IMG/VR virus record: IMGVR_UViG_3300036719_004687
Coordinates: 1 to 55,075 of that record
Reading direction: 5' to 3' (one strand)
DNA length: 55,075 bases
Origin: a virus
Lineage: Duplodnaviria > Caudoviricetes
Translations under genes and position numbers: made by a program
The notes under the pieces: model-generated
The model's input: the letters and a program-made list of their open reading frames with translations, nothing else
Told to the model about the DNA's origin: nothing
The model's database searches: none
Shown here: positions 1 through 9,985 of the stretch, piece after piece
How the letters are laid out: each line of letters opens with the position of its first letter
Position numbering within the stretch: the stretch's first letter is position 1

Positions 1-96
1 ACCCTTTATGGATATCATCAATATTCTGATCATAGTGTTGATTGCCCCATACTAAATGAGGAGGCAGTAAATCTTAATGACTCGGAATTACAATGA
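1..96 (+). CDS. 3' end of an upstream gene (partial, hypothetical)
   Basis: Frame 1 is open from the window edge (TLYGYHQYSDHSVDCPILNEEAVNLNDSELQ) to TGA at 94-96, overlapping the next start. Confidence 0.45.
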   Translation, partial: TLYGYHQYSDHSVDCPILNEEAVNLNDSELQ

Positions 97-358
97 TCCT
101 CAATATAAACAATGGAGAAAATTAATAAAAACAAGAGATAAAAATACTTGTCAATGGCCCGGTTGTAAAAGCCACTATAAAATTCATGCTCATCATATTC
201 AAAAATGGGCCGATTTTCCCGGCTTAAGATACCATCCTCAAAACGGTATTTGTCTCTGCAAAATTCATCATGATCTTATAAAAGATAACGAAGAAAATTA
301 TAGTCAATTTTTTAGCACACTAATACTAAATAAACTACGAGCTTCCAATGAAAAGTAA
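77..358 (+). CDS. Small HNH endonuclease, terminase-associated
   Basis: CQWPGC...HAHHI...NGICLCKIHH is a Zn-binding HNH signature. SD GAGGAGG at 58-64. Lies just upstream of the terminase. Confidence 0.85.
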   Translation: MTRNYNDPQYKQWRKLIKTRDKNTCQWPGCKSHYKIHAHHIQKWADFPGLRYHPQNGICLCKIHHDLIKDNEENYSQFFSTLILNKLRASNEK

Positions 359-818
359 TGATCCTTTTACTATAATAGTAGATACCAGAGAGCAGATGCC
401 ATGGGAATTTGGCTTTCACAATACTGCTAAACGTAAATTAGATACTGGGGATTATAGTATAGAAGGATTTGAAAGCTTATTTACTATAGAAAGAAAAAAG
501 AGCGTTAGTGAAATTGCTAATAATATTACAGAAAGTCGATTTAAAGATGTATTAGAGCGTTTGGGAAGTATACCACATAGTTTCATGATTATGGAATTTA
601 GTTTGGATGAAATTTATCAGTTTCCTGTGGGTAGTGATGTTCCTAAGAAAATGTGGGACAAGTTGCGTATTAGTGGTAATTATATTATGAAATATTTAAT
701 AGAAGCACAATTAAACTATAATATTCATATACTATTTTGTGATGATGCCGAGAATGCTGAAAGAGTAGCTGTTAGTATTATGAAAAGAATATACGAAAAA
801 TATGGTACTAAAAAGTAA
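348..818 (+). CDS. ERCC4/XPF-type nuclease domain protein
   Basis: IIVDTREQ, GDY and IERK motifs typical of ERCC4 nuclease domains. Confidence 0.85.
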   Translation: MKSNDPFTIIVDTREQMPWEFGFHNTAKRKLDTGDYSIEGFESLFTIERKKSVSEIANNITESRFKDVLERLGSIPHSFMIMEFSLDEIYQFPVGSDVPKKMWDKLRISGNYIMKYLIEAQLNYNIHILFCDDAENAERVAVSIMKRIYEKYGTKK

Positions 819-2829
819 TCTACTATATGACAATGCGTGGCTAGGACTTGGAGATCTTAGTCAAATAATTATTCCGACCAATCACATGATTGGCCGAACC
901 AAAGAAGATATAGAAAATCCTGATCTTCATTTGTTAAGACTATTACGAGATCCTCATTATTTTGGAACCACAGCGAAACTATTATTTGATATTGAACTTC
1001 ATCCTATTCAAATAGCAATACTACAAGAGTTTTGGTTACGACCATTTCCTATGTTTGTGGCCTCTCGTGGTTTCGGTAAAAGTTTTCTTATGGCTATGTA
1101 TTGTACGCTTAGGTGCATACTGGTTCCTGGAACAAAGATTGTTGTGGTTGGTGCAGCTTTCCGACAGAGTAAAATCATATTCGAATATATGGAAACGTTG
1201 TGGCGTAATAGTCCCATTCTTCGTAGCATCTTTAGTGGAAACGATGATGGTCCGCGTCGAGATGTTGACAGATGCACTATGAGACTGGGCGAAAGTTGGA
1301 CAATTGCGGTTCCTATGGGCGATGGTAGTAAGATCAGAGGTTTAAGAGCACACATTATCATCGCAGACGAGTTCGCATCAATCTCACCAGATATTTATGA
1401 GACAGTAGTATCAGGGTTCGCTGCTGTAAGTGCCAGTCCTATTCAGAACGTTAAAGAGGAAGCTAAAAAAGCAGCAATGTTAGAGGCTGGATTATGGAAT
1501 GATGAATTAGAGGCAGTACAAATTAAAAAGGGTAACCAAGCTATTATTGCTGGTACCGCAGACTATAGTTTTAAGCATTTTGCCAGCTACTGGAAAAGAT
1601 ACAAAGCTATTATTAATAGCAAGGGAGATAAGCATAAACTAGAAGAAATCTTTAAGGGTGAAGTACCAGATAGTTTTAATTGGAAAGACTATAGTATTAT
1701 TCGTATTCCATACGAGTTAATTCCAAAAGGATTCATGGATGACAAACAAGTAAGTAGAGCTAAGGCTACTATTCATACTGGCATATATAATATGGAATAT
1801 GCTGCTTGTTTTACAGAAGATAGTGATGGATTCTTTAGGCGTAGTCTTATTGAGAGTTGTGTTACTAATGAATCTAGACCAATTAGTGTTAATGGAAATA
1901 ATGTTTTATTTGATGTGAGTACCAAAGGCAATCCTGATCTTCAATATATTTATGGTATTGATCCAGCGAGTGAAAAAGATAATTTTACTATAGTTATTTT
2001 AGAGTTACATAAAGATCATAGTCGTATAGTTTATGGATGGAGTACTAATAGAAATAATTTTAAAGATCGACAGAAAACAGGACTAGTAAACGAGCACGAT
2101 TTTTATGGTTTCTGTGCTAGGAAAATTCGTAATCTGATGAAAATTTTTCCTTGTACTCGTATTGGCATGGATGCTCAGGGTGGTGGTGTTGCAGTAGAAG
2201 AGGCTCTACATGATCCTGGTAAGTTAGAAGAGGGTGAAAATTTAATATGGCCAGTAATAGATATAAATAAACCAAAGGATACTGATGATCAATCTGGTTT
2301 ACATATTTTAGAATTAGTGCAATTTGCACGAGCAGATTGGACAGCACAGGCTAATCATGGTTTAAGAAAAGACTTAGAAGATAAAGTATTATTATTTCCA
2401 CGTTTTGATCAAATTACTCTAGCGTTGGCTCTGGATAGAGAAAATAAAGATATTATGACTGCTGATCTTAGTAATCTATATGATAGTGAAAGCGAATGTG
2501 TGTTAGAAATAGAAGAACTTAAGAATGAATTAACTACTATTGTTATGACACAAACTAGTACCGGACCAAATGCTCGTGATCGGTGGGATACTCCAGAAAT
2601 TAAATTACCAAATGGTAAAAAGGGTAAATTAAGAAAAGACCGATATAGCGCTTTATTAATAGCTAATATGTTAGCTCGTCAAATGAGTAGAACTTTAGAG
2701 CCAACACAATTTGATGTTATTGGTAATAATTTGGCCGATGTTGAAAAAAAAGAGGGGCAAATGTATAAAGGGCCAAGCTGGTTTACAGACAATGCAAATG
2801 CTAATATATATGGTGGAATTTATAGATAA
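802..2829 (+). CDS. terL: Terminase large subunit
   Basis: Walker A ASRGFGKS, Walker B IIIADE, RNase H-like nuclease motifs GIDPA, MDAQGGG and KDRYSA. Precedes the portal. Confidence 0.93.
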   Translation: MVLKSNLLYDNAWLGLGDLSQIIIPTNHMIGRTKEDIENPDLHLLRLLRDPHYFGTTAKLLFDIELHPIQIAILQEFWLRPFPMFVASRGFGKSFLMAMYCTLRCILVPGTKIVVVGAAFRQSKIIFEYMETLWRNSPILRSIFSGNDDGPRRDVDRCTMRLGESWTIAVPMGDGSKIRGLRAHIIIADEFASISPDIYETVVSGFAAVSASPIQNVKEEAKKAAMLEAGLWNDELEAVQIKKGNQAIIAGTADYSFKHFASYWKRYKAIINSKGDKHKLEEIFKGEVPDSFNWKDYSIIRIPYELIPKGFMDDKQVSRAKATIHTGIYNMEYAACFTEDSDGFFRRSLIESCVTNESRPISVNGNNVLFDVSTKGNPDLQYIYGIDPASEKDNFTIVILELHKDHSRIVYGWSTNRNNFKDRQKTGLVNEHDFYGFCARKIRNLMKIFPCTRIGMDAQGGGVAVEEALHDPGKLEEGENLIWPVIDINKPKDTDDQSGLHILELVQFARADWTAQANHGLRKDLEDKVLLFPRFDQITLALALDRENKDIMTADLSNLYDSESECVLEIEELKNELTTIVMTQTSTGPNARDRWDTPEIKLPNGKKGKLRKDRYSALLIANMLARQMSRTLEPTQFDVIGNNLADVEKKEGQMYKGPSWFTDNANANIYGGIYR

Positions 2830-2832
2830 CTA

Positions 2833-2838
2833 GTGTAT
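2833..2838 (+). promoter_or_regulatory. GTGTAT putative late promoter motif (portal)
   Basis: Intergenic, about 42 nt before the start. The same hexamer precedes four other structural starts. Confidence 0.5.
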
Positions 2839-2879
2839 TATTAAATTAATACTTATTACAATACTATTATAATACTATT

Positions 2880-5099
2880 ATGCCAAGAAAAAAACCTATA
2901 AAAAGCGATAATATACCGATAGCTCCTAATGTTATGCCAGATAATGCATATGTTACATGGGACGATAATGATTTAGCCAGTAAGCAAAAAGCCTTAGATG
3001 AATCATCCAGAAGCTTGGATGAATATGGCCTTTTTAGCAACAAAACTACTGCTGCAACTAGTCGCTTTAGAAACTTCATGAATCTTGATGGTCAAACATC
3101 TGGCCGTCCTGGTTTAACAAAAAGTGATTATGATTATTTTCGTCCAGACGAAGCTATTCCAACAGAAATCAAAGCTATTTTTGCTATGGCAGATCAAATC
3201 TATAATCGTGTTGGTTTAGTTAAAAACGTTATTGACCTTATGGGTGATTTTGCTAGTCAGGGTATTCGTCTTGTTCATCCCAATAAAAGAATAGAAAGAT
3301 TCTATCGTAATTGGTTTGAAAAAGTCAAAGGCGAAGAACGTAGTGAAAGATTTTTAAATCATTTATATCGTGTTGGTAATGTAGTTATTAATCGTCAAAC
3401 AGCAAAGATTAGTGTTAAAGTTGCAGAAGATATGTATAAGGCTAAAGCATCTCCTGATTTTATCGTTACTAATGATGAACCAATAGTTGAAAAAAGAGAA
3501 ATACCTTGGAAGTATACTTTTATTGATCCAAGAGTAGTTGATATTGCAGGAGCATCATTGGCATCGTTCGTAGGGAAGAAAAATTATTACATTACAATTC
3601 CAGCATCGTTAAGAAAAATTATTAATGCTCCTAAAAACGAAGCTGAAAAATCTATTATAGATCAATTACCAGCAGCTATAGTTGAAGCAGCTAAGAGTAA
3701 AAAGCCATATTTATTAGATCCAGAAAAGACATTAGTATTTCACTATAAAAAAGACGATTGGAAAACTTGGGCATTTCCCATGATCTATAGTATTATGGAC
3801 GATATTAGTATTGTTGAAAAACTAAAGCTCGCAGACCTTGCCGCTCTTGATGGTGCTATCAGTAATATTCGTATTTTTAAACTTGGTAGCTTAGAACACA
3901 AGATTGCTCCAACACAAGCTGCTGCTAGTAAACTTAGTAGTATATTACAGGCTAATGTTGGTGGCGGTACAATGGATTTAGTATGGGGTCCGGATCTTGA
4001 ATTAATTGAAAGTAAAACTAGTGTTCATCAATTCTTAGGAGAGGGTAAATATACTCCTCACTTAAATAGTATTTATGCTGGTCTTGGCATTCCTCCCACC
4101 CTAACCGGAACGTTTGGTGCTGCTGGAACAACAAATAATTTTATTAGTCTAAAAACATTAACACAAAGACTACAATATGGTCGCAAAGTCTTAATGGCAT
4201 TTTGGAAAAATGAAATTACTATGGTTCAAAAGGCGATGGGCTTTAGATTTCCAGCAAAAATTGAATTTGATAGAATGGATCTTAGTAATGAAGATGCTGA
4301 AAAGGCATTACTCGTACAATTAGCAGATAGAAATCTTATCAGCGATGAAATGCTACAGAAAGCATTTGGTTTTGATCCTGAAATTGAAAAGAGTAGACTT
4401 AATAGAGAAAGCAGAGAAAGAAATAGTGATCGTATGGTACAAAAGGCTGGTCCATTTTTTGATGGTGGTACTTTTGATAATAGTATGCGTAAGATGGCTT
4501 TACAGTTAGGGCTAGCCACTCCTAGTCAAGTAGGACTAGAACTAGAACCAAAAAAGAAAGGCGAAATGAATGCTGTTGAGGTGAAGTCAGAATTTGCTAT
4601 ACCTAAATTGCCATTTGGTGGAGGCGGAGTAAATCAAGAGTCAGCTCCTAAAGGACAACCACAACAAGGACGTCCTAAAAATTCTAAAGATAGTAAGAAA
4701 CGTAAAACTAAAGATTTTGCCCCACAAACAGGAGCATCTTTATATCTATGGTCTATTGAAGCCCAAGATAAAATTACAGATATTTTAAATCCACAATTAT
4801 TAGAATTCTATAACAAAAAAAATATGCGTAGCTTATCAAAAACTGAGTACGATGAAGCAGAAGCTACAAAAACTAAAATCTTTTTTTCTTTGGATCCATT
4901 TGCTACGATAACAGAAGAAGTAGTTTTAGCAAAACTCAATACTATCAATAGTATTGATAATAATCTAAAAGTATCTAAATACTATAATTTAATTAAGGCT
5001 ATCTCTAGTGAGATTAATAGAATCCCCACAGCCGAAGAATTAAAGTATACCAAAGCCTATTTCTATCAAACGGTGTATAACCCCACTAATGAGTCCTAA
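2880..5099 (+). CDS. Portal protein with long C-terminal extension
   Basis: Position after terL, size, helical portal-like core, basic GRPKNSKDSKKRK C-terminal region. Confidence 0.8.
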   Translation: MPRKKPIKSDNIPIAPNVMPDNAYVTWDDNDLASKQKALDESSRSLDEYGLFSNKTTAATSRFRNFMNLDGQTSGRPGLTKSDYDYFRPDEAIPTEIKAIFAMADQIYNRVGLVKNVIDLMGDFASQGIRLVHPNKRIERFYRNWFEKVKGEERSERFLNHLYRVGNVVINRQTAKISVKVAEDMYKAKASPDFIVTNDEPIVEKREIPWKYTFIDPRVVDIAGASLASFVGKKNYYITIPASLRKIINAPKNEAEKSIIDQLPAAIVEAAKSKKPYLLDPEKTLVFHYKKDDWKTWAFPMIYSIMDDISIVEKLKLADLAALDGAISNIRIFKLGSLEHKIAPTQAAASKLSSILQANVGGGTMDLVWGPDLELIESKTSVHQFLGEGKYTPHLNSIYAGLGIPPTLTGTFGAAGTTNNFISLKTLTQRLQYGRKVLMAFWKNEITMVQKAMGFRFPAKIEFDRMDLSNEDAEKALLVQLADRNLISDEMLQKAFGFDPEIEKSRLNRESRERNSDRMVQKAGPFFDGGTFDNSMRKMALQLGLATPSQVGLELEPKKKGEMNAVEVKSEFAIPKLPFGGGGVNQESAPKGQPQQGRPKNSKDSKKRKTKDFAPQTGASLYLWSIEAQDKITDILNPQLLEFYNKKNMRSLSKTEYDEAEATKTKIFFSLDPFATITEEVVLAKLNTINSIDNNLKVSKYYNLIKAISSEINRIPTAEELKYTKAYFYQTVYNPTNES
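5073..5078 (+). promoter_or_regulatory. GTGTAT putative late promoter motif (protease/scaffold)
   Basis: GGTGTATAA in the end of the portal gene, about 39 nt before ATG 5117. Confidence 0.5.
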
Positions 5100-5116
5100 A
5101 AATAAGGGTTAATAAT

Positions 5117-6592
5117 ATGCATATTTATGAAATCGAAAAATTGGATGGTTTAACTGAGACCCTATCTGCAAAATCTTCTATTGTTTATGCTTCACTATTA
5201 GAAAAATCTGATCATGAAGTGAATAATTCACAAGTTAAACAAAACCTAAAAGCTTTAGCCGGTATCGAGGATACCGATTTATACTATACCCAGTCTATTT
5301 TAGTGACCACATCTTGGAATAAAAATGACGATATTTTTGATGCACTAGAAGTTTGGAATGCACGATCAACACCCATGCACAAACCCACTAATCTAGAACA
5401 TGACGAAAAAACTATCGTTGGTCATATTACCTCAAATTGGCCAATAAACGAAAATGGTGAGTTGATGGATGAATCTATGGAATTAAATCAATTACCAGAA
5501 AAGTTTCATATATTAACTGGATCAGTAATATACAAAGGTTTTACAGAACCTGAATTAAGAGCAAGAGCCGAAAATTTAATTGAAGAGATAGAATCTGGCG
5601 AAAAATATGTTAGCATGGAATGCTTTTTTAAGAATTTTGATTATGGATTAATTAATAAGAGTAATGGTAGTTATCATATTTTACCACGAAATGAAGAAAC
5701 AGCATTTTTAACAAAACATTTAAGAGCATATGGTGGTCAAGGAGAACATGAAAACTATAAAATAGGTAGGGTTTTACGTAATATTACATTTTCTGGTAAG
5801 GGTTTTGTTAATAGACCCGCTAACCCAGAAAGTATTATATTTACGAAAGATAATCTAAAAAATACTTCAGAATCTGCTAATATGATAAAAATTTTAAATG
5901 AAAAAAATGACGATTCCGTAGAAGAAGGTGTATTTTCAAATCAAGCCAATTTAAAGGAGACCAATATGAGTGTTGAATCCGCAACAACAACAGAAGAAGT
6001 AGTAACAGTAGCCGAAACAGAAGTTACAACAGTAACTGAAACAGAAGCCACAGACGTTGCTCCAACTGTTGAAAACGAGCAAGCCGAAGCAGCCAAAAAG
6101 ATGAAAGAAGATATGATGAAGAAAGAAGAAGAAATGAAAAAGATGAAGGCTGCCCTTGAAGTTGCTCAAGCTGAACTTAATGCTGCTAATGAAGTTTTAG
6201 CAGGCTACAAAATGAAAGAAGAAGAGATGGCCAAGAAAGAAAAGAAAATGAAGAGAATGGCCGCTCTTATCGAAAGTGGTGTTGAAGAAGAAGTTGCTAG
6301 TGCAACTATTGATAAGTTCGAAAATCTCGATGACACTGCTTTTGAAAGTATTGCCGCTCTAGTTGCTGCTGTTAAACCAGCTAAGACAGAAAAGAAAGAA
6401 GAAACTAAAGCAGAAGAAACAACAGTCAAAAGCGAAGATGTTTCGCTAGCTTTAGAAAATGTTGAGACAAATGATCAAGAAATTGATCTAAGTGTTGGTA
6501 GCGAAACAGAATCAGAAATGCAGAACACTAGAGCTGCCTTAGTTGACTTTGTTTGTATCAGACTAGGTAAAAAACTTAATAAGGGAGAGTAA
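5117..6592 (+). CDS. Prohead protease/scaffold fusion
   Basis: N-terminal NKNDDIF, LEHD...IVGHI, VSMEC and GFVNRPANPES resemble prohead protease motifs. The C-terminal half is an acidic, E/K-rich coiled coil. Lies between portal and capsid. Confidence 0.75.
   Translation: MHIYEIEKLDGLTETLSAKSSIVYASLLEKSDHEVNNSQVKQNLKALAGIEDTDLYYTQSILVTTSWNKNDDIFDALEVWNARSTPMHKPTNLEHDEKTIVGHITSNWPINENGELMDESMELNQLPEKFHILTGSVIYKGFTEPELRARAENLIEEIESGEKYVSMECFFKNFDYGLINKSNGSYHILPRNEETAFLTKHLRAYGGQGEHENYKIGRVLRNITFSGKGFVNRPANPESIIFTKDNLKNTSESANMIKILNEKNDDSVEEGVFSNQANLKETNMSVESATTTEEVVTVAETEVTTVTETEATDVAPTVENEQAEAAKKMKEDMMKKEEEMKKMKAALEVAQAELNAANEVLAGYKMKEEEMAKKEKKMKRMAALIESGVEEEVASATIDKFENLDDTAFESIAALVAAVKPAKTEKKEETKAEETTVKSEDVSLALENVETNDQEIDLSVGSETESEMQNTRAALVDFVCIRLGKKLNKGE
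5928..5933 (+). promoter_or_regulatory. Internal GTGTAT motif upstream of the nested scaffold start
   Basis: GGTGTATTTT followed by SD AAGGAG (5954-5959) and an in-frame ATG at 5966. Confidence 0.5.
5966..6592 (+). CDS. Nested in-frame scaffolding protein (208 aa, MSVESATTTEE...)
   Basis: Strong SD, in-frame ATG at the protease/coiled-coil boundary, and its own GTGTAT motif. Confidence 0.6.
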   Translation: MSVESATTTEEVVTVAETEVTTVTETEATDVAPTVENEQAEAAKKMKEDMMKKEEEMKKMKAALEVAQAELNAANEVLAGYKMKEEEMAKKEKKMKRMAALIESGVEEEVASATIDKFENLDDTAFESIAALVAAVKPAKTEKKEETKAEETTVKSEDVSLALENVETNDQEIDLSVGSETESEMQNTRAALVDFVCIRLGKKLNKGE

Positions 6593-6594
6593 CA

Positions 6595-7053
6595 ATGGCT
6601 TTAAAATCAGATCGCGTTGAAGCTTACACAGATATTTCATTCTTCTGCAATGATGCATCAGCAGAGCGTGGTGTTGTTGTTGTACACAGCACTGGTGGTA
6701 GCGGCGTTGCTATGGACGATTCACTCGCCGTAGTAACAGTTTCTGCCTCACAGTCTGGTACCAAACCAGCTGGCCTATTGCTAAACGATGTTGTTAGTCT
6801 TGATCTAACAAGACAACACATTAACTGGCATCGTGATGAAGTTCAAACAGGTAGTAAAGTAACACTATTACGCCAAGGTCAAGTAACAACAAATATGGTT
6901 GTTTCTGGCGTAGCACCAACAATAGGGCAAGATGCTTATTATGGTGCAAATGGTAAACTAACCAATGTTAGCACAAACAGTGTTAAGGTTGGTCGTTTCC
7001 TAAGTGTTCTAGATGCCGATGGTTACATCAAAGTAGACATTAATATAACTTGA
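6595..7053 (+). CDS. Capsid decoration/cement protein
   Basis: 152 aa, beta-rich, immediately upstream of the major capsid gene, SD AAGGGAG. Confidence 0.65.
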   Translation: MALKSDRVEAYTDISFFCNDASAERGVVVVHSTGGSGVAMDDSLAVVTVSASQSGTKPAGLLLNDVVSLDLTRQHINWHRDEVQTGSKVTLLRQGQVTTNMVVSGVAPTIGQDAYYGANGKLTNVSTNSVKVGRFLSVLDADGYIKVDINIT

Positions 7054-7067
7054 TAAGGGAGAAAAAC

Positions 7068-8084
7068 ATGGCCAATAGAAAATTTGAACCAACATCAGAA
7101 TTAACAGATCTTCTTGTTAAGTCTGGTTCTGCTCACAAAGAAGAAGCTCTTGCTGCAAATCATGAATTTGCTAAGGCTCTAGAACTTCCTCTACGTCAAG
7201 GCGTTCTTAGTGGTAATATCCTAGATGACATTTTCGAGCCAATCCAACTTGCTCAAAGTGCCACTCCAGAATTCCCATTAGATTTCCTTGCTCCTGGTAC
7301 TGAAAAAGACTTCGTGGCTTATACCATCCCAAATCATGGTTATATTCCACAGAAGCATGTTGAGGGCGATTATGTCATGGTTCCAACCTATGACATTGGC
7401 GCTAGTATCGACTATCTTCTAAAGTATGCCCGTGACGCCCGCTGGGACGTTGTTGGTCGTGCTATGGAAGTTCTCGAAGCTCAATTTGTTAAGAAGATGA
7501 ATGACGATGGTTGGCATACACTTCTTGCTGCTGGTGTTGATCGCAACATCGTAGTATATGATACCGATGCTAATGATGGTCAATTCAGCAAGAGATTAGT
7601 AAGTCTCATGAAGACTGTAATGCGTAGAAACGGTGGCGGTAACTCTGCCAGTAACAACCGTGGTATGCTCACAGATCTTTATGTTAGTCCAGAAGCTATG
7701 GAAGATATCCGTAACTGGGGTCTAGATCAGATCGACGAAGTAACTCGTCGTGAAATCTACACAGCAGCCGACGGTACTCTTAACCGTGTATTTGGTATTA
7801 ATCTTCATGATCGTGATGAGCTAGGTGAAGGTCAGCAATATCAACTATTCTATGAAAACATCCTCGGCGGTTCACTACCCGGCGATGAAACTTTCCAGAA
7901 GGTTGAACTTGTTGTTGGTCTTGATCTACGTAAGAGAGACAGCTTTATAATGCCAGTTCGCCAAGAAGTTCAAATCTTCGAAGACGATACACTACATCGT
8001 CAGAAGAGAGCAGGCTTCTACGGCTGGGCCGAGCAAGGTTTTGCTGTTCTAGACAATCGTAGAGTTCTCCTTGGTGCTCTCTAA
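7068..8084 (+). CDS. Major capsid protein (HK97-fold expected)
   Basis: 338 aa from ATG 7068 with SD AAGGGAG (preferred over TTG 7050). Position, codon usage suggestive of high expression, and a strong terminator downstream. Confidence 0.85.
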   Translation: MANRKFEPTSELTDLLVKSGSAHKEEALAANHEFAKALELPLRQGVLSGNILDDIFEPIQLAQSATPEFPLDFLAPGTEKDFVAYTIPNHGYIPQKHVEGDYVMVPTYDIGASIDYLLKYARDARWDVVGRAMEVLEAQFVKKMNDDGWHTLLAAGVDRNIVVYDTDANDGQFSKRLVSLMKTVMRRNGGGNSASNNRGMLTDLYVSPEAMEDIRNWGLDQIDEVTRREIYTAADGTLNRVFGINLHDRDELGEGQQYQLFYENILGGSLPGDETFQKVELVVGLDLRKRDSFIMPVRQEVQIFEDDTLHRQKRAGFYGWAEQGFAVLDNRRVLLGAL

Positions 8085-8110
8085 GATTAATGTCTTAGTA
8101 TGACTAAAGA

Positions 8111-8141
8111 AAAGGCTGGCCTTGTGCCGGCCTTTTTTTTT
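8111..8141 (+). terminator. Rho-independent terminator after the major capsid gene
   Basis: Stem GGCTGGC/GCCGGCC (one G-U), loop CTTGT, followed by T9. Confidence 0.88.
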
Positions 8142-8143
8142 AG

Positions 8144-8149
8144 GTGTAT
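8144..8149 (+). promoter_or_regulatory. GTGTAT putative late promoter motif (neck genes)
   Basis: GGTGTATTATA directly after the terminator, about 44 nt before ATG 8193. Confidence 0.55.
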
Positions 8150-8192
8150 TATACTATATGATCTAGTTTTTTCTTTTTAGAAGGATAGTAAT

Positions 8193-8717
8193 ATGGCATG
8201 GCAAGATGAAATGATAATTACTACAAGAGTTTTAATTAATGATTTAGATACTCCATATGAATTTAGTGATGATAGATTAGAGCAAATTTTAGTAGTAGCT
8301 GGTAAATATCTACAAATTGATGTGGATTTAAACTATGTCTATACGATAGATATCGTAAATAAAGAAATTACTCCGGATCCAACAAGCAATAATGATAACG
8401 TCTTTACTAGTTTAGCATGTTTAAAAGCTGCATGTATTATAGATCAAAGCAATTTAAGAACCAAAGCAGCCTTAGAGGGCATCAGAACAGCATTAGGATC
8501 AGCTAATTTAAGTTTTGGTGGATCTTTAACAGGATGGCAGTCTATTATAGATAAAGGCCCTTGTGCTTTGTATGAGCAAATAACTAGTTACTGGGATATC
8601 AAAGAGGCTACTGCTTGGGCCGCAGTATTGTCTCCATTTGTGAGTAATAAATTTGATCCAAGATATCTTAATGTTGGTCCATTTCGCAATGTGGGAAATA
8701 ATGACTTTTATTCATAG
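8193..8717 (+). CDS. Putative head-tail adaptor
   Basis: First gene after the capsid, 174 aa, N-terminal RVLIND...FSDDRL pattern seen in adaptor proteins. Confidence 0.55.
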   Translation: MAWQDEMIITTRVLINDLDTPYEFSDDRLEQILVVAGKYLQIDVDLNYVYTIDIVNKEITPDPTSNNDNVFTSLACLKAACIIDQSNLRTKAALEGIRTALGSANLSFGGSLTGWQSIIDKGPCALYEQITSYWDIKEATAWAAVLSPFVSNKFDPRYLNVGPFRNVGNNDFYS

Positions 8718-8725
8718 AAATTATT

Positions 8726-9334
8726 ATGACTAATATAAATTTTCCTAATTTACAAAATATATATAATGCTCATATAGATTTATTATTGGCTAATACTGGA
8801 CTAACAACAAGATGTGATTTTAATTTTGGTACTACTAATACAAACATTTGTCCTAATTGTATATACGATGTTAGTTTAAAAAAATCGTCTGGTAAATATA
8901 AAAATGGTGGTCCTATTCCTTTTACTCTTGGAAAGATATGTCCATATTGCAACGGACTTGGTTCTTATGGCGTTGTCCATACTTCAACAGGATATTTAGC
9001 TGTTATTTGGGATTATAAAAAATGGATAAATCCGCCCCCTCAGATTGATAATCCTAATGGATATATTCAAACTATTTGTCATAAAGATTATTTAGCACAG
9101 ATAAGACAGTGCAAGGATATGACAGTAATTTATAATTCTGTTGGGGCTAATCCTATTTTTCAATTATATGGAGAACCCAACCCCGCTGGATTGGGAGATA
9201 ATAGTTATTTATTTTGTATGTGGAAAAAAATTGGAGTAAATAATTCTGTTCCTGTTACTGTCACACCAACTGTTTCTATGACTCCTACACTTACTCCCAC
9301 TCCTACTGTGACTCCAACCCCATCCATGTTATAA
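8726..9334 (+). CDS. Putative head closure protein with CxxC pairs and a Thr/Pro-rich C-terminal tail
   Basis: Position, CPNC and CPYC motifs, ends in VTVTPTVSMTPTLTPTPTVTPTPSML. Confidence 0.5.
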   Translation: MTNINFPNLQNIYNAHIDLLLANTGLTTRCDFNFGTTNTNICPNCIYDVSLKKSSGKYKNGGPIPFTLGKICPYCNGLGSYGVVHTSTGYLAVIWDYKKWINPPPQIDNPNGYIQTICHKDYLAQIRQCKDMTVIYNSVGANPIFQLYGEPNPAGLGDNSYLFCMWKKIGVNNSVPVTVTPTVSMTPTLTPTPTVTPTPSML

Positions 9335-9346
9335 TTAAAAGTATTT

Positions 9347-9985
9347 ATGAATATATCTTTAAAAATATTAGAAAGTAATTCTCAAATACAACAAAGTATT
9401 ATGGAAGCTTTATTGCCACAAATTAATGATTATATGAAAGATGCAATAACCACTATTAGAAAAGAGATAGGAACTATTATTAGCAATGCTATTGTTAATA
9501 CTCCAGAATATGAGTCATTAGTATCTGGTAAACTGAAATATGAACTTGGTATACCAGATGCCAATGCTAAAATTGCTGGTTTATTAGATATTTGGACTAA
9601 AAATATATATATAGAATATATGCCTCCTAAAATTATTAGTAGTAAAATTAAAAGTAGTTTTAGCGCTAGTTTAATTAAATCTAGTTTTGATGATGTGTTA
9701 TCTACAGACTTGGCTTATGTAATAGATAATATCTATCAATATAGATTACCATGGCTAGAATGGTTATTATTAGAAGGTAATAAAATTATTGTAAAAAAAC
9801 AAGAAGTAGTAATGGGGCCTAATCCTAGATCTCGTACCGGATTTGCATTAATGAGAGGATCCAATAAAAACTGGAAAGTTCCAGCAGAATTTGCTGGTAC
9901 CATTAGAGATAACTGGATCACTAGAGCCATAGATAATACAGAAGCAGAAATAAATAATCTATTAGAAAGAGCACTACAACAATGA
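9347..9985 (+). CDS. Putative neck/tail-completion protein
   Basis: Position in the neck cluster; PWLEWLLLEG and NWITRA segments. Confidence 0.4.
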   Translation: MNISLKILESNSQIQQSIMEALLPQINDYMKDAITTIRKEIGTIISNAIVNTPEYESLVSGKLKYELGIPDANAKIAGLLDIWTKNIYIEYMPPKIISSKIKSSFSASLIKSSFDDVLSTDLAYVIDNIYQYRLPWLEWLLLEGNKIIVKKQEVVMGPNPRSRTGFALMRGSNKNWKVPAEFAGTIRDNWITRAIDNTEAEINNLLERALQQ

